A stretch of 64,000 nt of DNA from the human T2T-CHM13v2.0 reference genome, Homo sapiens. Where the stretch lies: the NCBI RefSeq assembly GCF_009914755.1, contig NC_060928.1; one strand, 5' to 3'. The stretch's first letter is position 1. Each line of letters starts with the position of its first letter. Positions 58,880 to 64,000 of the stretch are shown piece by piece. The translations under genes and the position numbers were made by a program. The notes under the pieces were generated by a model. It saw only the letters and a list, made by a program, of their open reading frames with translations, did not search any database and was not told the DNA's origin.

Positions 58880-59289
58880 AGGCTTCATTTTTAAAAAGGG
58901 GAGGGGAGGGTTGGGAGCTAGCTCTCTGGCTCACAAACAATAATGACTTCAATTTCTGTTCTTTCAATTGATTTTTATGTTTCCCTGGGAGGGAGAGGAA
59001 GACTAGGCATGCTCATCTTGCCAAAGTGATTAACTCTTCATTGGCCAGCCTCTTTGGACACCCATTTACTGCTCATTCTCTAGTATTCTAAGGAACAAAG
59101 ATTTTGTTGTACTTTAAACTAAAATAGCTTGTTTGTTCTAAGAACGTAATACTAAATTTTGAGATGGAGACTGTATTTATACAGAAACACTTTGCAAGCA
59201 AATGTTTATAACCAGCCCCTACTGCTTTTACAAGCACAGAGATGAATCAAATATACACAAAAGCTTTGTGCTAGAAAGAACCTCCATGA

Positions 59290-59500
59290 ATTGAACGTAC
59301 GTGCTATATGGTAGGCATCATTCTTGTCACTGTGCATGCATGATCCCATTCAGCCTTAACAGTTATCCTATGAAAAGTTATTATCCTCGTTTTAGAGATG
59401 AGAAAACTGAGACTTAGAGAGATTGAGTACATTTGCAAAGTCGCTAGCTGTTAAAAAGCAGGTGCAGGAGTTGGAGTCATGTCTGTCTGAATTTAAAGCC
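59290..59500 (-). mobile_element. MIR
   Basis: ttattatcctcgttttagagatgagaaaactgagacttagagagattgagt. Confidence 0.75.
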
Positions 59501-60152
59501 GTTGCTTTTCCTGATATACTCTGCATATGACATGATGCACAGCAGAATCCTTGGGAATATTCTGCTCCCCTTGGAGTTCCCTGCTTAGTGAGTGCTTCGT
59601 GCTCAAAGAACTCTCACAGACAACGCTAGTACACTTATTAGTTTTCTTTGTATCCTTTGGTTCTCACAGGCCAACTGCTACAAGGCAGGTCCAACAAATT
59701 TCCTAGATGACTGAATATTGGGCAGTATTCCAAGGTGGTCAATTATGTCTAAGACTCACACAAAAGCATTAGCAAGGATTGCTCCATGGATCAAGAGCAA
59801 ATCAATGTACAATTGTCCTCTGCAGCTAACTTATTAGGGAACATAAAGTTGCAATATTTCACTGGAAACTTCCATCCACTAGAAAAAAATGAGTGCTTAA
59901 GCAAATATGGCCAGACTCTGATTATGATTAAGCATAAACCTCCGAAATGAAATTCGTGTGTACATTCTCTCTGCGTGGGACCAATTTGGCCAGCTTACTT
60001 TAAGGAAAAGCTTTCTGTTGTCTGCATTCTTGCCAAATTTCTAAACTTTCAAGGGTAAGGACTGTAGTTTTAACTCTTTATTCTGGCATTTAGTCATTTA
60101 GCTTACTGCTTGGCATATAGTACATCTTCAAGAAATACTTGTTTGGATTGAG

Positions 60153-60638
60153 TGTATCAGGGTTCTCCAGAAAAACAGAACCAGTGGGAAATATATACAT
60201 ATAGATATATAGATGATATAGATATAGATGATATGGATATTGATATATACAGAGATTTATTATAAGGAATTGGCTCATATGATTATGGAGATAGACAAGT
60301 CCAATCTGTAGGATGGGGCAGCATGCTAGAGACCCAAGGAAAGCCAGAGTTCCAATTCCAAGGCCTTCAGTCAGAAAGAGCTGATGCTTCAGCTGAAGTC
60401 CACAGACCATCTGCTGGAAAGTTCTCTCTTACACAGGAAAGCATTCATCCTTTTGTTCTAGTGACACCTGCATTAGTTAAATAAGATCCACCCACATTAT
60501 GGAGGGCAATCTTCTTTACTGATGAAAACGCTAATCTCAGGCAAAAAGACCCCCATAGAAATACCCAGAATAATGTTTGACCAAATATCTGGGCACTGCA
60601 TGGCTCAGGCACATAGACACATAAAATTAGCCATTACA
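60153..60638 (-). mobile_element. ERVL solo LTR, MLT2C/D-like
   Basis: tcagggttctccagaaaaacagaacca...agatttattataaggaattggctca...cagaataatgtttgaccaaatatctgggcac...cataaaattagccattaca. Confidence 0.85.
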
Positions 60639-61161
60639 ATGAGTGAATGAGTAAATAAGAAACAGTAGTTTCTGAACTGTGGCAGAGCAAGTGGACTTCA
60701 GGCATTGGCCTCTGTTGTAGCCTTGAGTTATACCACACCTCAGTAATAGGAAGAGCTCTTCTTTCCAGTGAGGCAGCACCAACAGACTATAGGGCTTGAA
60801 CCCAAGATGCCACCTGAGGGGAATTCTCATGTGGCCACTTGTGTCCAAGTGATCAGTTACCACTGAATTATGTGAATTAAAGAAACAGGTTGGGACATGG
60901 ACCATGCTCTCCAGAACTGAGGGTGAAAAGGGTGTCTTTCTAAGAGGTAAGATTTTTTGGAAGTGGAATCCTATCATGTAAGACCCTAGTTTTTCTAAGA
61001 ATTTGTGGGAAAAAAATAACCTTTACCTGAGTGTATGTAGCCACATTTGACTGCTTTGTTTAGTTGATTTAATGCAACTCAGTGGTTACTGTAAATATCT
61101 GAAACTTGTAGATTATTGCTTCTCTAAAATTATAATGGGATCCATTTCTAGATTTACATCA

Positions 61162-61801
<640 letters not shown>

Positions 61802-62104
61802 TAAAGAAGCCTAGGAAACATATCCCTGCTTTGTGATTTAAGCTGTATTTTTGTTATTCACATACAAATCCATTTTAGACTGTACCTTTTAAGACAATGT
61901 TGTGGGAAAACAAAAAAACTGTTATTAATGATATTAGCATTTTGCTCACTTGGCTTGGGACTGCACAGATTTCTTACTGTGGCAAGTTTTTGTTTATCTA
62001 ATTTAGTTTATCTGTACAATTAAGCTAACTTCTCCCCGAAAAGAAGCAGTTCTCATATTCTAACTTTGTTTTAATAACTTTTTACTTATATAAACACATG
62101 TACT

Positions 62105-62281
62105 TATTGTTTTGTTTTGTTTTGTTTTGAGACAGGGTCTCCCTCTGTCACCCAAGCTGAAGTACAGTTGTGCAGCCATAGCTCACTGTAACCTTTAACT
62201 CCTGGCCTCAAGCAATCTTCCTAACTCAGTCTCCCAAAGTGCTGGGATTACATTTACAGGCATATACCACCATGCTCAGCT
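62105..62281 (-). mobile_element. Internally deleted (monomer-length) Alu
   Basis: Right-arm 3' part fused to left-arm 5' part; TSD cacatgtactta / cacatgcactta. Confidence 0.85.
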
Positions 62282-62599
62282 CACATGCACTTAATTTTTA
62301 AAAATAAGATGGTACTTTTAAAAGCTTATATCTAAATACAGCAGTCTCTTTTCTCCTTACTAAAAGAGGCTTCCTCCCTAAAGACAGCCCCTTTCAACAT
62401 TCTTAGCCATTCTTCTGCTAGTTGCTTCCATGTTTCTAAAAATTGTCTTCTTTCTGCTATTTCTGTTACATTTTTCATTCTTTTATTCAAATAAGTAATA
62501 TATTTACATAGTTCAACATTCAAGAAAAAAAAAGATAAAAACAATCAAAGTCTCTTTCCTACCCTGGTCCCCAGCCTCCCGAATTTTCTTTTGGCAGGC

Positions 62600-64000
<1,401 letters not shown>

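Overview
Primate (human-like) genomic DNA, intergenic or deep intronic. I can support no protein-coding exon, tRNA, rRNA or CRISPR array; the long ORFs come from L1, Alu, LTR or simple-repeat sequence. Roughly half or more of the window is interspersed repeat: a decayed L1PB-type LINE with its 5' end (1-5209, minus), a 5'-truncated old L1PA (5226-7455, plus), more than 35 Alu elements or fragments, solo LTRs (MER41A, MER21, LTR47-like, MLT1 and MLT2 families), hAT DNA transposons (MER63, MER58A, MER5, MER102), and L2, MIR, L1M and HAL1 relics. The main non-TE landmarks are a 1.8 kb (CAC/CAT)n tract with a nested ~241-247 bp higher-order repeat (26487-28275) and a ~1.9 kb CpG island (~49985-51870). 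The island is split by a perfect 56 bp AT-rich palindrome and holds a candidate 39 nt exon. Subfamily names are from recalled consensus sequences, not a database search, and I could not identify the locus. I found no convincing new biological system; the findings are structural or regulatory candidates.
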